Shown in pieces: positions 9,731-19,295 of a stretch of 64,000 bases of DNA (position 1 is its first letter; each line of letters begins with the position of its first letter). The notes below the pieces were generated by a model that had not been told where the DNA came from, did not search any database, and saw only the letters and a list, made by a program, of their open reading frames with translations. The position numbers and the translations under genes are program-made. The stretch comes from a virus, in the IMG/VR virus record IMGVR_UViG_3300038505_000007, positions 45,946 through 109,945 of that record; one strand, 5' to 3'.

Positions 9731-9940
9731 ATGGGAGAATTGTTTTTACTACTGAGTGCTACGGTTAAGGGCAAGACTAAGAGTGTAGTGTTGTCTACAT
9801 CAATCATCCGCTCCATGATTGAGCACACTGATCCTGATAAGACCATCATATTCTTAGATGATAAAAAAAAAGTCGTTGTCAATCACAGCGTTGAGGACAT
9901 TTTTAGCATCATACGAGATGCTAGGTCAAAAAAGAGGTAA
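9731..9940 (+). CDS. hypothetical protein, weakly FlbD-like
   Basis: Pattern IIRSMIEHTDPDKTIIFLDDKKKVVVNHSVEDI loosely resembles FlbD family; GAGGGG SD. Confidence 0.5.
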   Translation: MGELFLLLSATVKGKTKSVVLSTSIIRSMIEHTDPDKTIIFLDDKKKVVVNHSVEDIFSIIRDARSKKR

Positions 9941-9942
9941 GC

Positions 9943-10476
9943 ATGGGGTACAGCGGGATAATGCAACGCATAAACTTACTCAGTGAGTCTAGTATAGAAA
10001 ACATACTACTCTCCAGTGGTGTATCTGATAACACTAAAAAGATATTATCTTTGCTATACAAGAAACACGTAAATCAGAAAAACCTATTTCTAGCGGTCTC
10101 CCCTGTCCCTCTGATAATGAGAAAGTTCAATCTACCCATAGATAAAGCACTTAAAGTTAAGCTTTCGTCTATCAAAAAAGTATCCAGCTCTCTCTCAAGA
10201 AAGATCAAATCGCAGCTCAGCGTTCCCTTTTCAGATATAAAACAAGAAATGAACATCAGTGACAACATATGGATGAGTTTTGTTCTTAACGAGGCAAATG
10301 TAGACAAATTCTGTGACACTCTTATTCAATCGCTCTCTAGATCTATAAATAACCACTATGAGAAAAATAACAACCTCTTCTTTGATAAGAAAGAGTTCAT
10401 GCTTATGAACAGTAAGCTTATTAAGGCTATTAGCTTTATATATAAACACTTATACCAGGAGAACCAACATGAATAA
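9943..10476 (+). CDS. hypothetical protein
   Basis: ORF with GAGGT SD. Confidence 0.7.
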   Translation: MGYSGIMQRINLLSESSIENILLSSGVSDNTKKILSLLYKKHVNQKNLFLAVSPVPLIMRKFNLPIDKALKVKLSSIKKVSSSLSRKIKSQLSVPFSDIKQEMNISDNIWMSFVLNEANVDKFCDTLIQSLSRSINNHYEKNNNLFFDKKEFMLMNSKLIKAISFIYKHLYQENQHE

Positions 10477-10681
10477 ACTTCCTGGCTATGATGAGTTCCT
10501 AGAAGAGCTAGACAAGACACTCTCTTCCGAAAATATGATAATGTGTCCAGTGTTTTTTAATCTTAAGAAAGGAGTACACGATGCAGGTGGTAAGAACAAA
10601 AGACAAGAGCACCAAAACAAAAAAGGTACATCTCAGAAAGAACCGTCCCAACAAGGACGGCAGATTGTGTGCGTATTATGA
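10469..10681 (+). CDS. hypothetical protein
   Basis: AGGAG SD, overlaps previous stop. Confidence 0.45.
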   Translation: MNKLPGYDEFLEELDKTLSSENMIMCPVFFNLKKGVHDAGGKNKRQEHQNKKGTSQKEPSQQGRQIVCVL

Positions 10682-10749
10682 CAGTGAGTCCTCTAAGATG
10701 AGAACGTGTACTGGGTGGTACGGTAAGCATTAAACACTAGGAGATATAT

Positions 10750-11244
10750 ATGGGATTATTAAGAAAGCTATATAACTCATTATTAGCTATCATGATTAAA
10801 CGAGACATATTAAAAATGTGCGACAAGTATAAGGGATACCTAGCCATCTTCTCCTTAGATAAGCCAGAAAAAAACATCAACTACAGACACATGTTGTATG
10901 ACATTATTAGCTCATGCTGCGGACACGACTCGTGCGAGTGTCGTGTGTTCGAGACAAAAGGCTCTTTTGAGCAACAAAAAGAAAAATCATACTTAATGTT
11001 CTTCGATGCAGCGTCTTATCTTAATGACTTAAGAAGTATCTTACAAAAAGCAGAGCAAAAAAGTTTTATCCTCTTCTCTAGTAAAAAGAAGACTTTCTTC
11101 TTCTACAGAATAGAAGAAGATGATATTAAGCTTCAGTTTAAGACACACCTAGATTCTCTCAAAGTAGATAGCTCAGCAGAAGACAACTACACTCTATATG
11201 TATCTGAAAATAAGCTTCTAAACAACGTCAAGTTTTCCTTATAA
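10750..11244 (+). CDS. hypothetical protein
   Basis: AGGAG SD, 164 aa ORF. Confidence 0.7.
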   Translation: MGLLRKLYNSLLAIMIKRDILKMCDKYKGYLAIFSLDKPEKNINYRHMLYDIISSCCGHDSCECRVFETKGSFEQQKEKSYLMFFDAASYLNDLRSILQKAEQKSFILFSSKKKTFFFYRIEEDDIKLQFKTHLDSLKVDSSAEDNYTLYVSENKLLNNVKFSL

Positions 11245-11255
11245 AGGAGCTTGAT

Positions 11256-11711
11256 ATGGAAGACAAGGTTATATACGTATACACGGATGGCGGATATAGA
11301 CCTTATCACAAGCTAGGCGCTTACTCGTTCTGCGTAAGCAAGGGTAAGCGCTGTATACCTCAAAAAGGCTTAATATATAACTGCGACTCAGTAGATACAG
11401 CAGAGTTCACAGCTATGATAAAAGGCTTCTCTTTCATAAAGAAAGACATACCACTACTAAGAAAGCGTGGGTATAAGATAGTCTTTGTAACAGACTCTAT
11501 GCGCCTCACTCACGTGTTCAATGACCTACTAAAAGTAAACAATAAGCTATTTAGAGAGATTAGAAAAATAAGTCAGAAGTACTCAGACATAGTGAGGGTT
11601 GTGTGGGTAAAAAGAAACTCTCTAGTGGAACAAAAGATGTGCCACGATATGTGCGACATGGTATTAGATAACAAGACAAAAACAGTTAAACAAAAACTTA
11701 ATTCTTTATAA
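11256..11711 (+). CDS. RNase HI-like protein
   Basis: YVYTDGG, AEFTA and VTDS acidic triad in RNase H spacing; WVKRN in place of WVKGH. Confidence 0.75.
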   Translation: MEDKVIYVYTDGGYRPYHKLGAYSFCVSKGKRCIPQKGLIYNCDSVDTAEFTAMIKGFSFIKKDIPLLRKRGYKIVFVTDSMRLTHVFNDLLKVNNKLFREIRKISQKYSDIVRVVWVKRNSLVEQKMCHDMCDMVLDNKTKTVKQKLNSL

Positions 11712-11726
11712 GGAGTATAAATACAA

Positions 11727-12854
11727 ATGACGCAAGGAGGTTTTATGAATAAAGCGCTGTCACTTGTGACATTAGTGCTTGCTGTGTATTCGCTCTCGTG
11801 CGAACGAAAGCAAGTAGTAGAGTTAAAAACAAAACCAGCAAGCGTTCGTCCGGCTTTGCCGCATGAGTGTCCAAACGGCGGAGTCGTTGTTGAGTCAGTA
11901 CCTGTGTGCAACGGAACAAACGGAGTCGATGGGGCATCTATCGGAGTTCAGGTTAATAATGCTACATGTTCTCATCCTACAAGACCAGGAAAGACCATAG
12001 AGTTCTATAGGGACACTAATAACAACGGCACTAAAGACAGCTCTGAGAGTATTGTATCTACTACGCTGCTTTGTGACGGAGCAAATGGTGCATCTCCAAC
12101 AGTCGTTGCTTTATCGCCTGGAGACCCTGATTGCCCAAATGGTGGAGTAAAGATAAACGGAAACCCGGTATGTAACGGTTTGAACGGTATAGATGGAGCT
12201 TCTTTTGGTTCAAACGTTATCGCTGCTAAATTATGTCCATCAGATACAGACCCAATGGCTGAGTATGGTATATTCATAGGCACAGAATTGTATGCTGTGC
12301 TGTATTCACCACCTTATGCTGGTTTAGTTAGACTACCTCCTGGTACATACACAACTACTGCAACAAGCAGCCCAAAGACGTTCACATACGCAAAAACTGG
12401 AACAACTGCGACTCTTACATGTGGGTCTTCTAGTGTAACATATGACCTAACAACAGGTACTTCTAGTTCAGGCTCTGGCCCATATACTTTAACAGGTGTC
12501 ACTTGCTTAGTGAAATTACAGCACAATTATGGCTCAGAAAAACACTACAAAACAACTGTAACAGGCGCAGGAATAGCTGGGGACTACTACATAGAGTACT
12601 TACACAATAACAGTAGTTATCACAGTACAAGTGGGTGTTTCTCGTCCTATGGGTTCTGGACAGACAACAACTGCCTATCATCACAATATCAATGGCTTCC
12701 TCTAAACACAGTGAGATTTACTCCAATTTCTAGCTCTATGAATTACACCCTCTATATTAGAGGAAACAGTTCATTGCAAATTCAGTCAGCAGTCTTAACA
12801 AAGATTAGTACTAACCAAAAATTAAACTGCACAGTGGATAATACTGCTCCATAA
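11727..12854 (+). CDS. putative lipoprotein with Cys/Gly collagen-like repeat units
   Basis: Signal peptide ending SLSC; two CPNGG..VCNG.NG.DGAS units; beta-rich C-terminal region; start may be ATG 11745. Confidence 0.7.
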   Translation: MTQGGFMNKALSLVTLVLAVYSLSCERKQVVELKTKPASVRPALPHECPNGGVVVESVPVCNGTNGVDGASIGVQVNNATCSHPTRPGKTIEFYRDTNNNGTKDSSESIVSTTLLCDGANGASPTVVALSPGDPDCPNGGVKINGNPVCNGLNGIDGASFGSNVIAAKLCPSDTDPMAEYGIFIGTELYAVLYSPPYAGLVRLPPGTYTTTATSSPKTFTYAKTGTTATLTCGSSSVTYDLTTGTSSSGSGPYTLTGVTCLVKLQHNYGSEKHYKTTVTGAGIAGDYYIEYLHNNSSYHSTSGCFSSYGFWTDNNCLSSQYQWLPLNTVRFTPISSSMNYTLYIRGNSSLQIQSAVLTKISTNQKLNCTVDNTAP

Positions 12855-12889
12855 ACTATGTACAATATATTATGTCTTGTCTTGTCTTG

Positions 12890-12917
12890 AAGACCCCTCC
12901 TTTTGGGGGTCTTTCTT
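12890..12917 (+). terminator. intrinsic terminator
   Basis: AAGACCCCT/GGGGGTCTT stem followed by TCTT. Confidence 0.65.
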
Positions 12918-12925
12918 GATGGAAC

Positions 12926-12970
12926 AAAAAACCCCAGGATCACTGCTTCTGCACATCCCGGGGTTTTTTT
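12926..12970. terminator. possibly bidirectional terminator-like hairpin
   Basis: AAAAAACCCCAGGAT...ATCCCGGGGTTTTTTT. Confidence 0.55.
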
Positions 12971-13234
12971 ATTTTATCAACTCTACTAAGTTGGCACTTA
13001 ATAATCCGTTTTTGCAGTTATTTCTTCCCTGGGCTTTTTCGTTTCGCCCCGGGGCACGCTCTCCATGACTCTGCTGCAAAGGGCTTCACTATATGTAACA
13101 ATCATGGTCCTAGTTATGGCAAAGAAGTAATTAAAAGCTATGCTACCCCGCATATACTTTGTCCTTCTTATGGTGTCAACGCCGGTTTTTATAGAGAAAC
13201 AATCGGATATAAAGTTATTCCTGAAAACGCGCTT

Positions 13235-13909
13235 ATGTTGACTGTTGCGTCTATATGTACTAAACCTATTAGTCTTAGTGTTTTTAAGCCTAACGATGAG
13301 TGTCCTAAAGGGGGACTGTTAATTAATGGTAAAGCATTTTGTAATGGCTTGAGAGGTCTCAACGGTAAGTACGACTTTTTAGTATTTAGAAGCGCCCATC
13401 AAGATGGCGGAGGAACTTGTAGAGGCCTTGATATCAATGGTAAACCATTGTGTTTGGGTTATTCTTCGTATACAAACTTTTCAGTCGAAGAACCTTCAAA
13501 GAAAAATAAGTGCAAAAACAATGCTCTTCTAACAAATGAACAAAAATTATTATGCGACGAAGAGATTGATCGTACAAATATAATACCTTACGACTCTATT
13601 ATAGCTGTTAAACTGTGCCCAGCCGACAACACCCCAGAAACAGAGTATGGTTTTTTAATAGGCGGAGAGTTATATGGTGTTCTATACAACGATGATCAAA
13701 GACAAGTGTGGAATCCAATTGGGTTTATACAGTATAAACAAGGTTTTAATTACACCATGGGCAATATGCCTTGGTCTTATAGTGAACCTACTATTAAATA
13801 TCGAAGACGTTTTGAGTATACTAAAAAAGACGACACTATAGAGCTGTCCTGCTCAGGAGTTACAACAAGATATAAAATTGGCAAAAAATACTCAAATACA
13901 GATAAATAG
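13235..13909 (+). CDS. paralogue of the upstream Cys/Gly repeat protein
   Basis: CPKGGLLINGKAFCNG and IIAVKLCP.D..PETEYGFLIGGELYGVLY match VIAAKLCPSDTDPMAEYGIFIGTELYAVLY; frame is open upstream to 12920 without an ATG. Confidence 0.7.
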   Translation: MLTVASICTKPISLSVFKPNDECPKGGLLINGKAFCNGLRGLNGKYDFLVFRSAHQDGGGTCRGLDINGKPLCLGYSSYTNFSVEEPSKKNKCKNNALLTNEQKLLCDEEIDRTNIIPYDSIIAVKLCPADNTPETEYGFLIGGELYGVLYNDDQRQVWNPIGFIQYKQGFNYTMGNMPWSYSEPTIKYRRRFEYTKKDDTIELSCSGVTTRYKIGKKYSNTDK

Positions 13910-13977
13910 ATACAAGATTATTCACAATAGACTATACAGCTTATGTTAAATATATACAAAAGCTATGCGTCAAAAAT

Positions 13978-14001
13978 AAGCTCCCATAAAGCGGGAGCTT
14001 T
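13978..14001 (+). terminator. intrinsic terminator
   Basis: AAGCTCCC/GGGAGCTT stem; short U-tract. Confidence 0.6.
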
Positions 14002-14136
14002 CATAAACCCAATGAATAATAAAAACACAAAACATGGCTTTGATTTAATATGTTATCAAAAACATATCACACATTAAAACTAACGCCGCGCTGCAAAATT
14101 AAAACAGTATAATTAAATAAAAATAAGGAGGTAATT

Positions 14137-14835
14137 ATGTTGCGCAGTATGTCTAAAATAGTGGCCATCCATGTATTTTCTTATTCTATAGCATACGCCG
14201 CTCATTTTAACACAGGCAGCGCAACACCTACCCAGGCTCTTATCGATGAGCTCAACAAAGCATGTGAACAGATAGACAATGGCTCCTCTATAATCGTAGA
14301 GGGGCACACTGATATAAGAGGAGGGAACGAGTACAACCTGTGGCTATCAAAAGATAGAGCTGAATCTGTGAAGATGTTTCTGCTAGAGAAGTGCCAAAAT
14401 AAACCAAAAGAGATCCGAACTGTTGGATTTGGCAAGATGTACCCTGTATCAGATAAACATGAAGATAATAGAAGAGTCGTTCTCCATATTTATGGAGAAA
14501 AGATAAAGACTATCTACATCGCTGAATCTGGCACTAAGCAGGAAGAGGCTAAAGCCGTAGCAGTGTCAGTGCCTAAGGAAGAACCCAAGCCTCGTGAAGA
14601 GCATGTCAAAGTGAACAAAGAGAGACACTACTTGTCGCTTATTGGAACAGTCGGAAGTGCTGCTCATATAAGCGCACAATCTAACAACGATAGTGCCCGT
14701 GTGGTCCTCACTAGGGGAATGGATATGGGTGTGCTATATCAATACAAACCAGAAGATTCTTCTTTGTTCCTAGGAGTAGGAGGGACATTCTTCTATCCAA
14801 TGCTCATGTTTAGCATGGGCTTGGAGCTAGAATAA
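14137..14835 (+). CDS. exported OmpA/MotB-type peptidoglycan-binding domain protein with beta-rich C-terminus
   Basis: Signal peptide; VEGHTDIRGGNEYNLWLSKDRAESVK, GFGK..P and NRRV motifs. Confidence 0.88.
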   Translation: MLRSMSKIVAIHVFSYSIAYAAHFNTGSATPTQALIDELNKACEQIDNGSSIIVEGHTDIRGGNEYNLWLSKDRAESVKMFLLEKCQNKPKEIRTVGFGKMYPVSDKHEDNRRVVLHIYGEKIKTIYIAESGTKQEEAKAVAVSVPKEEPKPREEHVKVNKERHYLSLIGTVGSAAHISAQSNNDSARVVLTRGMDMGVLYQYKPEDSSLFLGVGGTFFYPMLMFSMGLELE

Positions 14836-14879
14836 TGTTCCTGATTTTATCTATTCTTGTTTGAAATAGGAGGCTCAAC

Positions 14880-15257
14880 ATGCAAGAACAAGATAAAAAC
14901 AACAGTCTACATATATCTGATTATGCGATAATCAGCATCGTGTTGTTAGGTTTCCTATCTATGCTTAACATATTCTTATCAATGTTCGGCGTGTCAGATA
15001 TAAGGATATCTTTAGTGCTAATAGCACTCACGCTTCCGTTCTTGCTGTTGACGTTGTTCACTTTTAATCCCAGCAAGAGCCAGCTTGCTAAAATACAAGT
15101 AGACACAAAGTACGCCAAAAGAGACCTCATGTTGCATAAAAACGACCGCTTTGAGGAGTACTTTTATAGACAAGAAATGTTAAACCATCTAAGAGAAATA
15201 CGACGACAGACCAACCCCTACACTAGGTTTGGAAAGTGGGGAGGCAACGATGAATAA
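14880..15257 (+). CDS. two-TM membrane protein
   Basis: Two hydrophobic segments; AGGAGG SD. Confidence 0.7.
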   Translation: MQEQDKNNSLHISDYAIISIVLLGFLSMLNIFLSMFGVSDIRISLVLIALTLPFLLLTLFTFNPSKSQLAKIQVDTKYAKRDLMLHKNDRFEEYFYRQEMLNHLREIRRQTNPYTRFGKWGGNDE

Positions 15258-15522
15258 GCTTTGTGCTTACTCTTTAAGCGCTCTACTAGCTCTTTCTCCA
15301 GCAATATCGCTCGCAGACACAGAGAAACCTCAACAAATAGTAGACTCTATCTCTATTAAGACAGACTCAAAAGATAAGACTAAGAAGGTTCTCATTGTTG
15401 AGTTCTACAACGGAAAAACAATAGAGATTCTCCTCTCTAAGGAGCAACTTGAAGAGCTTATGTCCTCTGAGAAGGAAATAAAGAGGCTCTCAAAAGAGAT
15501 ATTTAACATGTTTTTAGAATAA
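15250..15522 (+). CDS. small exported protein
   Basis: Signal peptide MNKLCAYSLSALLALSPAISLA; GGAGG SD. Confidence 0.65.
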   Translation: MNKLCAYSLSALLALSPAISLADTEKPQQIVDSISIKTDSKDKTKKVLIVEFYNGKTIEILLSKEQLEELMSSEKEIKRLSKEIFNMFLE

Positions 15523-15523
15523 C

Positions 15524-15814
15524 ATGGTGCCAGAGTTTCTGCTTGCGTATTCTTGCTATATAAACAACATACCAAACGCATGCGCAGGAGTCTTGGCTTC
15601 TTACTTGTCCTACAACAAGGACCTAAAGTCTGTTATAGAGTTCAACGAGAGAAGAATAAACACCTATACCTCTAGGTATCCTGTTCTCATATACGTAGCG
15701 ACACCTATATATCAAAGCGTATCTGGGCAGCCGATAAGCTTCTCTATAAGCTCTTCTTCTTCTATCTCTATAGATACAAGGAGAAACTTAATAAGTATTA
15801 ATTTTGCTTTTTAA
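15524..15814 (+). CDS. hypothetical protein
   Basis: ORF 1 nt after previous stop. Confidence 0.55.
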   Translation: MVPEFLLAYSCYINNIPNACAGVLASYLSYNKDLKSVIEFNERRINTYTSRYPVLIYVATPIYQSVSGQPISFSISSSSSISIDTRRNLISINFAF

Positions 15815-16001
15815 CGTCATCTTCTGTATCAAGAACAATTATGTTCTCTCTTGGATGGTTTATATCTGAATTGGGGTGCTTGTTCTTTAGGTCCGTGTTG
15901 ACCTCTGAGTATCCACAACATGGGCATTTTTTCCAAAAGTATAACTCCGGGTGGTCTTTCATGAATACTGTTTTGCATATTTTACAAAGCATCGTATACA
16001 T
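15798..16001 (-). CDS. small Zn-ribbon protein
   Basis: CKIC...CPCC motif; start ATG 16001 or 15992. Confidence 0.5.
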   Translation of the reverse strand: MYTMLCKICKTVFMKDHPELYFWKKCPCCGYSEVNTDLKNKHPNSDINHPRENIIVLDTEDDVKKQN

Positions 16002-16063
16002 TATACATCGTGTTTTGTTTGACTTTTTCCGAATATAAATACAATGTATTAAAGGAGGACGCA

Positions 16064-16420
16064 ATGAACACTGAGATCTTAGAGAGAGAAGAGCAAAGAG
16101 AGATTCAAGCCGTGTTGATGCTTATCACTTCTTATCAGAAGTTCTTAAAAGACAGCTTCAACCCAGATCTAATATCTCATAAGGTGCATCAGCTTGAAAA
16201 AGCAAAAGACGCATTAAGATACTGCACTACTATTAGTTGTGCAACTCGCGTGGTCTTAGAGAAGAAACAATCTCTTCTAAAAGAGATCTTTTCCCTTGGT
16301 TTGTTCGAGAGACTCTCTAAAAAGAAGTTTCATTTAGAATCATCTCTAAAGACACTATTAGAAGTAGAAGACATGATAATGTCTGCTGCTAAAAGATTGG
16401 CTAAAACAGAGTATCCCTAA
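16064..16420 (+). CDS. hypothetical protein
   Basis: SD AAGGAGG before ATG 16064. Confidence 0.7.
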   Translation: MNTEILEREEQREIQAVLMLITSYQKFLKDSFNPDLISHKVHQLEKAKDALRYCTTISCATRVVLEKKQSLLKEIFSLGLFERLSKKKFHLESSLKTLLEVEDMIMSAAKRLAKTEYP

Positions 16421-16683
16421 GATATCTTCCCAGGGCCAACGCTCGTTTGAGCACTCTGGCTCCCCGCTGTAGGAATACCAGGCATAACCTGCGCATTCTG
16501 AACTATCTCCATAACTATATCCATAGCAATACCGGATATTGCTTCTGCTAGTTTTTGCCAGTGGTCGTCTGCTATACCGTTGTAGTTCTTTCCCTGTGAC
16601 GCGGCGCTCCCAAACTGAGCCTTTAAGCCGTTATATATGGTTTGTTTCATCTTGCTTTTTAGGTTTGCTGGGTTCATCGCCAT
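16417..16683 (-). CDS. hypothetical protein, possibly a small baseplate-associated structural protein
   Basis: AAGGAG SD; LAEAIS..A...V...GIPTAGS...TSVGPGKI resembles small proteins encoded next to spike genes (recollection, unverified). Confidence 0.6.
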   Translation of the reverse strand: MAMNPANLKSKMKQTIYNGLKAQFGSAASQGKNYNGIADDHWQKLAEAISGIAMDIVMEIVQNAQVMPGIPTAGSQSAQTSVGPGKIS

Positions 16684-16825
16684 AAGCGTCTCCTTGTATA
16701 CTTACATTGTAACACGCTGCGTCCCTAACGTCGCGGTTTCCCGAAACTATGAAATAATCGAATAAATAAAAATAGACCTGAGAAAATGCACAAAGTATAA
16801 ATAAAACAGATCTATAGTAATAGAC

Positions 16826-16902
16826 GGGGGCTTAGCTTAGTTGGTTAAAGCAGCCGGCTCATAACCGGCGGATCGGGGGTTCGAGTCCCTCAGCCCCTAC
16901 CA
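16826..16902 (+). tRNA. tRNA with CAT anticodon (elongator Met or lysidine-modified Ile2)
   Basis: Full cloverleaf: GGGGGCT/AGCCCCT acceptor, GCTT/AAGC D-stem, GCCGG-CTCATAA-CCGGC, TTCGAGT T-loop, encoded CCA. Confidence 0.95.
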
Positions 16903-16913
16903 CTTATAAAATT

Positions 16914-17540
16914 ATGGTAAACAAAAGAGACTTCCTATTCTTGCAGGACACCATAAATGTAGAGTTCATGTCCCTTAAAAGGGACGTAGGAGAAAGATAT
17001 ATACTGTTCATCGTGTCTCATGCCTTCAGCAGCATGTTAGAGCACAAAGCTGCAACGATGATAAGTGATATAGTCTATAAGAAAGACCCAAATCTATCTA
17101 AATACACAAGCTTTGTGGCTTTATCTCCAATGAAGTGGTCTGAGAGACTGAGACGTCTAGAGGACATAAGCGAACCATTTCTTCTTAGAGATAAAGCTAT
17201 AGCGCTTTATGCTCTCTCTTCTCTTAGTGAAGATGAAGATGGCCCTATATCGACGACATACTTAAGTCGCGTCATGTTCCTGATCGACAGAGATTATTTT
17301 ATAGACTATAGGCTAAACCTTCTCAAGGGTGAGTTTATCAAGAGCGATAAAAACAAAATACTTCTTCCCTCTATACAAGACACAGTAGAGGCATACAACT
17401 CTGGCTCTGTCTCTATTAGAGATGAGCTGATGAATTACAACGACGCGCTTACTGATAATCTTAAAAATGTCATAGAAGAGGGTCTGTTATCTTATAAGAT
17501 GTTTTCTAGCTACGGCTTAAAAGAGAACTTCGGCGTATAA
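16914..17540 (+). CDS. hypothetical protein (208 aa)
   Basis: Long ORF directly after the tRNA. Confidence 0.7.
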   Translation: MVNKRDFLFLQDTINVEFMSLKRDVGERYILFIVSHAFSSMLEHKAATMISDIVYKKDPNLSKYTSFVALSPMKWSERLRRLEDISEPFLLRDKAIALYALSSLSEDEDGPISTTYLSRVMFLIDRDYFIDYRLNLLKGEFIKSDKNKILLPSIQDTVEAYNSGSVSIRDELMNYNDALTDNLKNVIEEGLLSYKMFSSYGLKENFGV

Positions 17541-17567
17541 GCCACGGGCTAATTGATCACCCGTGGC
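17541..17567. terminator. hairpin between convergent genes
   Basis: GCCACGGG/CCCGTGGC 8-bp stem; no clear U-tract. Confidence 0.45.
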
Positions 17568-19281
17568 ATGTCAAGCACTCATCTTTTGTAGCTGCCTGAG
17601 ATTCTTTTGCTTCCCTAGAGGCAGCGTCTGCTTTTAATACGCTGCTGCCCCTGCAGTAGTACAAGGTCTTAACGCCTAACTTCCAGGCCTCAAAGTGAAT
17701 CTCATGAAATAGTTTAGGATCGACGTTGGCATAGAAGAACAAGTTTAAGCTCTGAGACTGATCTATGAACTTCTGCCTTTGAGCAGCCTGCTGTATGATG
17801 GCTTTTTGATTTATCTCCCTTGCGGTTTTAAATACCATCTTCTCTTCTTGTGTCAAGAAATCGAGATGCTGAACGCTTCCACCGTTTACCACTATACTCT
17901 TCCACACCTCGTCGTTGTCTTTACCTTTCTGCTTAAGCAGAGCCTCTAGTGTTGGGTTCTTCACTAAGAAGACACCTTTTGACGTCTTGTCTGCATAAGC
18001 GTTCGCCACTACTGGTTCTATACCGTAGCTGACGCCGCCGCTGATTATAGAGTTAGACCTAGTAGGAGCTATAGCTGTCAAGTGAGTGTGTCTCATACCT
18101 GTCCCGACACACCACTCTGGCTCTCCATATTCTTGAGCCATCTCCATCGAGGCCTCTCTTGTTTTTTGCTGTATAGTTCTGAATATCTCAGAGTTAAGCT
18201 GCATCGCTCTAAAGGACTCAAAAGGAACACCCTTCTGCTGCAGCAACGTATGCCAGCCCATAACTCCTACTCCTAGAGCTCTAGATTTCTCAGCAAACCT
18301 CACTGTCCTCTCAAACCCAGGAATGCTGCGTGCCTTATCTATGAACTCAGACATCACGCCGTCTAGGAAGTAGACGGCTATCTTAGGAAGATCTGTATCT
18401 TTCCACTCATCCCACTTAGCTAAGTTAAGCGACGACAAGCAGCAAACAAAGCTGTGGTCCTCGTCTGTATGGAGTGTTATCTCGCTGCATATGTTAGTCA
18501 TCTCTACTTTGAGGCCGTTCTTCTTGTACGACTCAGGGTTTGCTTTGTTTACGTTACCCTCAAACATGATATAGGGCTCGCCTGTCTCCATGCGCTCTTT
18601 CAATATCTCTACCCAGAGCTCCCTAGCTTCTCTGTCTCCCTGCTCTACTTTCTCCATGAATTGATCACTTATGACTATGCAGTGGTGTAGATTCAAGCAC
18701 TGTCTGTTAACGTCTCCAGTCTGTCTTCTTATTCTAAGAAACTCTTTTATATCTACGTGATCTACATGTAGATTAACAGAAGACGCGCCTCTTCTGACAC
18801 TGCCTTGCGAAGTAGCTATAGTGGCTGAGTCTACGACCTTAGCCCAAGGTACAACTCCCTCAGACTTCCCGTTCTTACCTTGTTTTATTTCAGCCCCTCT
18901 TCCTCTTATCCTAGACATTCCAATGCCTACTCCGCCTCCGTGTTTAGAGAGCATAGCTAGCTCATGCACTGTTTTGAATATACCGTCAACAGAATCAGGC
19001 ATAGTAGCGCCAAAGCAAGATATAGGAAGACCTCTCTCTGTGCCCATGTTCGCCAACACAGGCGTTGCTCCTCCAAGCCATCCCTTCCAAAAGGCATCAA
19101 AAAATCTTTCTGCCAACTCTGGTTTGTTTAGTCTACTCGCTGCCGCTCTAGACACTCTAAGCCACATGTCTCTAGGCGTCTCGTTTTCTAGTAGATACCC
19201 GTTTTTAAGAGTCTTCCACGCAGCTTCTGTTAACCACTCAGGTGCCTCGTTTCTTGCTTTTAGCTCTTCTAATGAACTCAT
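17557..19281 (-). CDS. nrdA: class Ia ribonucleotide reductase alpha subunit, lacking an ATP cone
   Basis: ATPV, PISCF, TNICSEI, CCLSS, APTRSNS, KTLYY and C-terminal CLTC. Confidence 0.95.
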   Translation of the reverse strand: MSSLEELKARNEAPEWLTEAAWKTLKNGYLLENETPRDMWLRVSRAAASRLNKPELAERFFDAFWKGWLGGATPVLANMGTERGLPISCFGATMPDSVDGIFKTVHELAMLSKHGGGVGIGMSRIRGRGAEIKQGKNGKSEGVVPWAKVVDSATIATSQGSVRRGASSVNLHVDHVDIKEFLRIRRQTGDVNRQCLNLHHCIVISDQFMEKVEQGDREARELWVEILKERMETGEPYIMFEGNVNKANPESYKKNGLKVEMTNICSEITLHTDEDHSFVCCLSSLNLAKWDEWKDTDLPKIAVYFLDGVMSEFIDKARSIPGFERTVRFAEKSRALGVGVMGWHTLLQQKGVPFESFRAMQLNSEIFRTIQQKTREASMEMAQEYGEPEWCVGTGMRHTHLTAIAPTRSNSIISGGVSYGIEPVVANAYADKTSKGVFLVKNPTLEALLKQKGKDNDEVWKSIVVNGGSVQHLDFLTQEEKMVFKTAREINQKAIIQQAAQRQKFIDQSQSLNLFFYANVDPKLFHEIHFEAWKLGVKTLYYCRGSSVLKADAASREAKESQAATKDECLTCHG

Positions 19282-19295
19282 CTTGTTACCCCACA

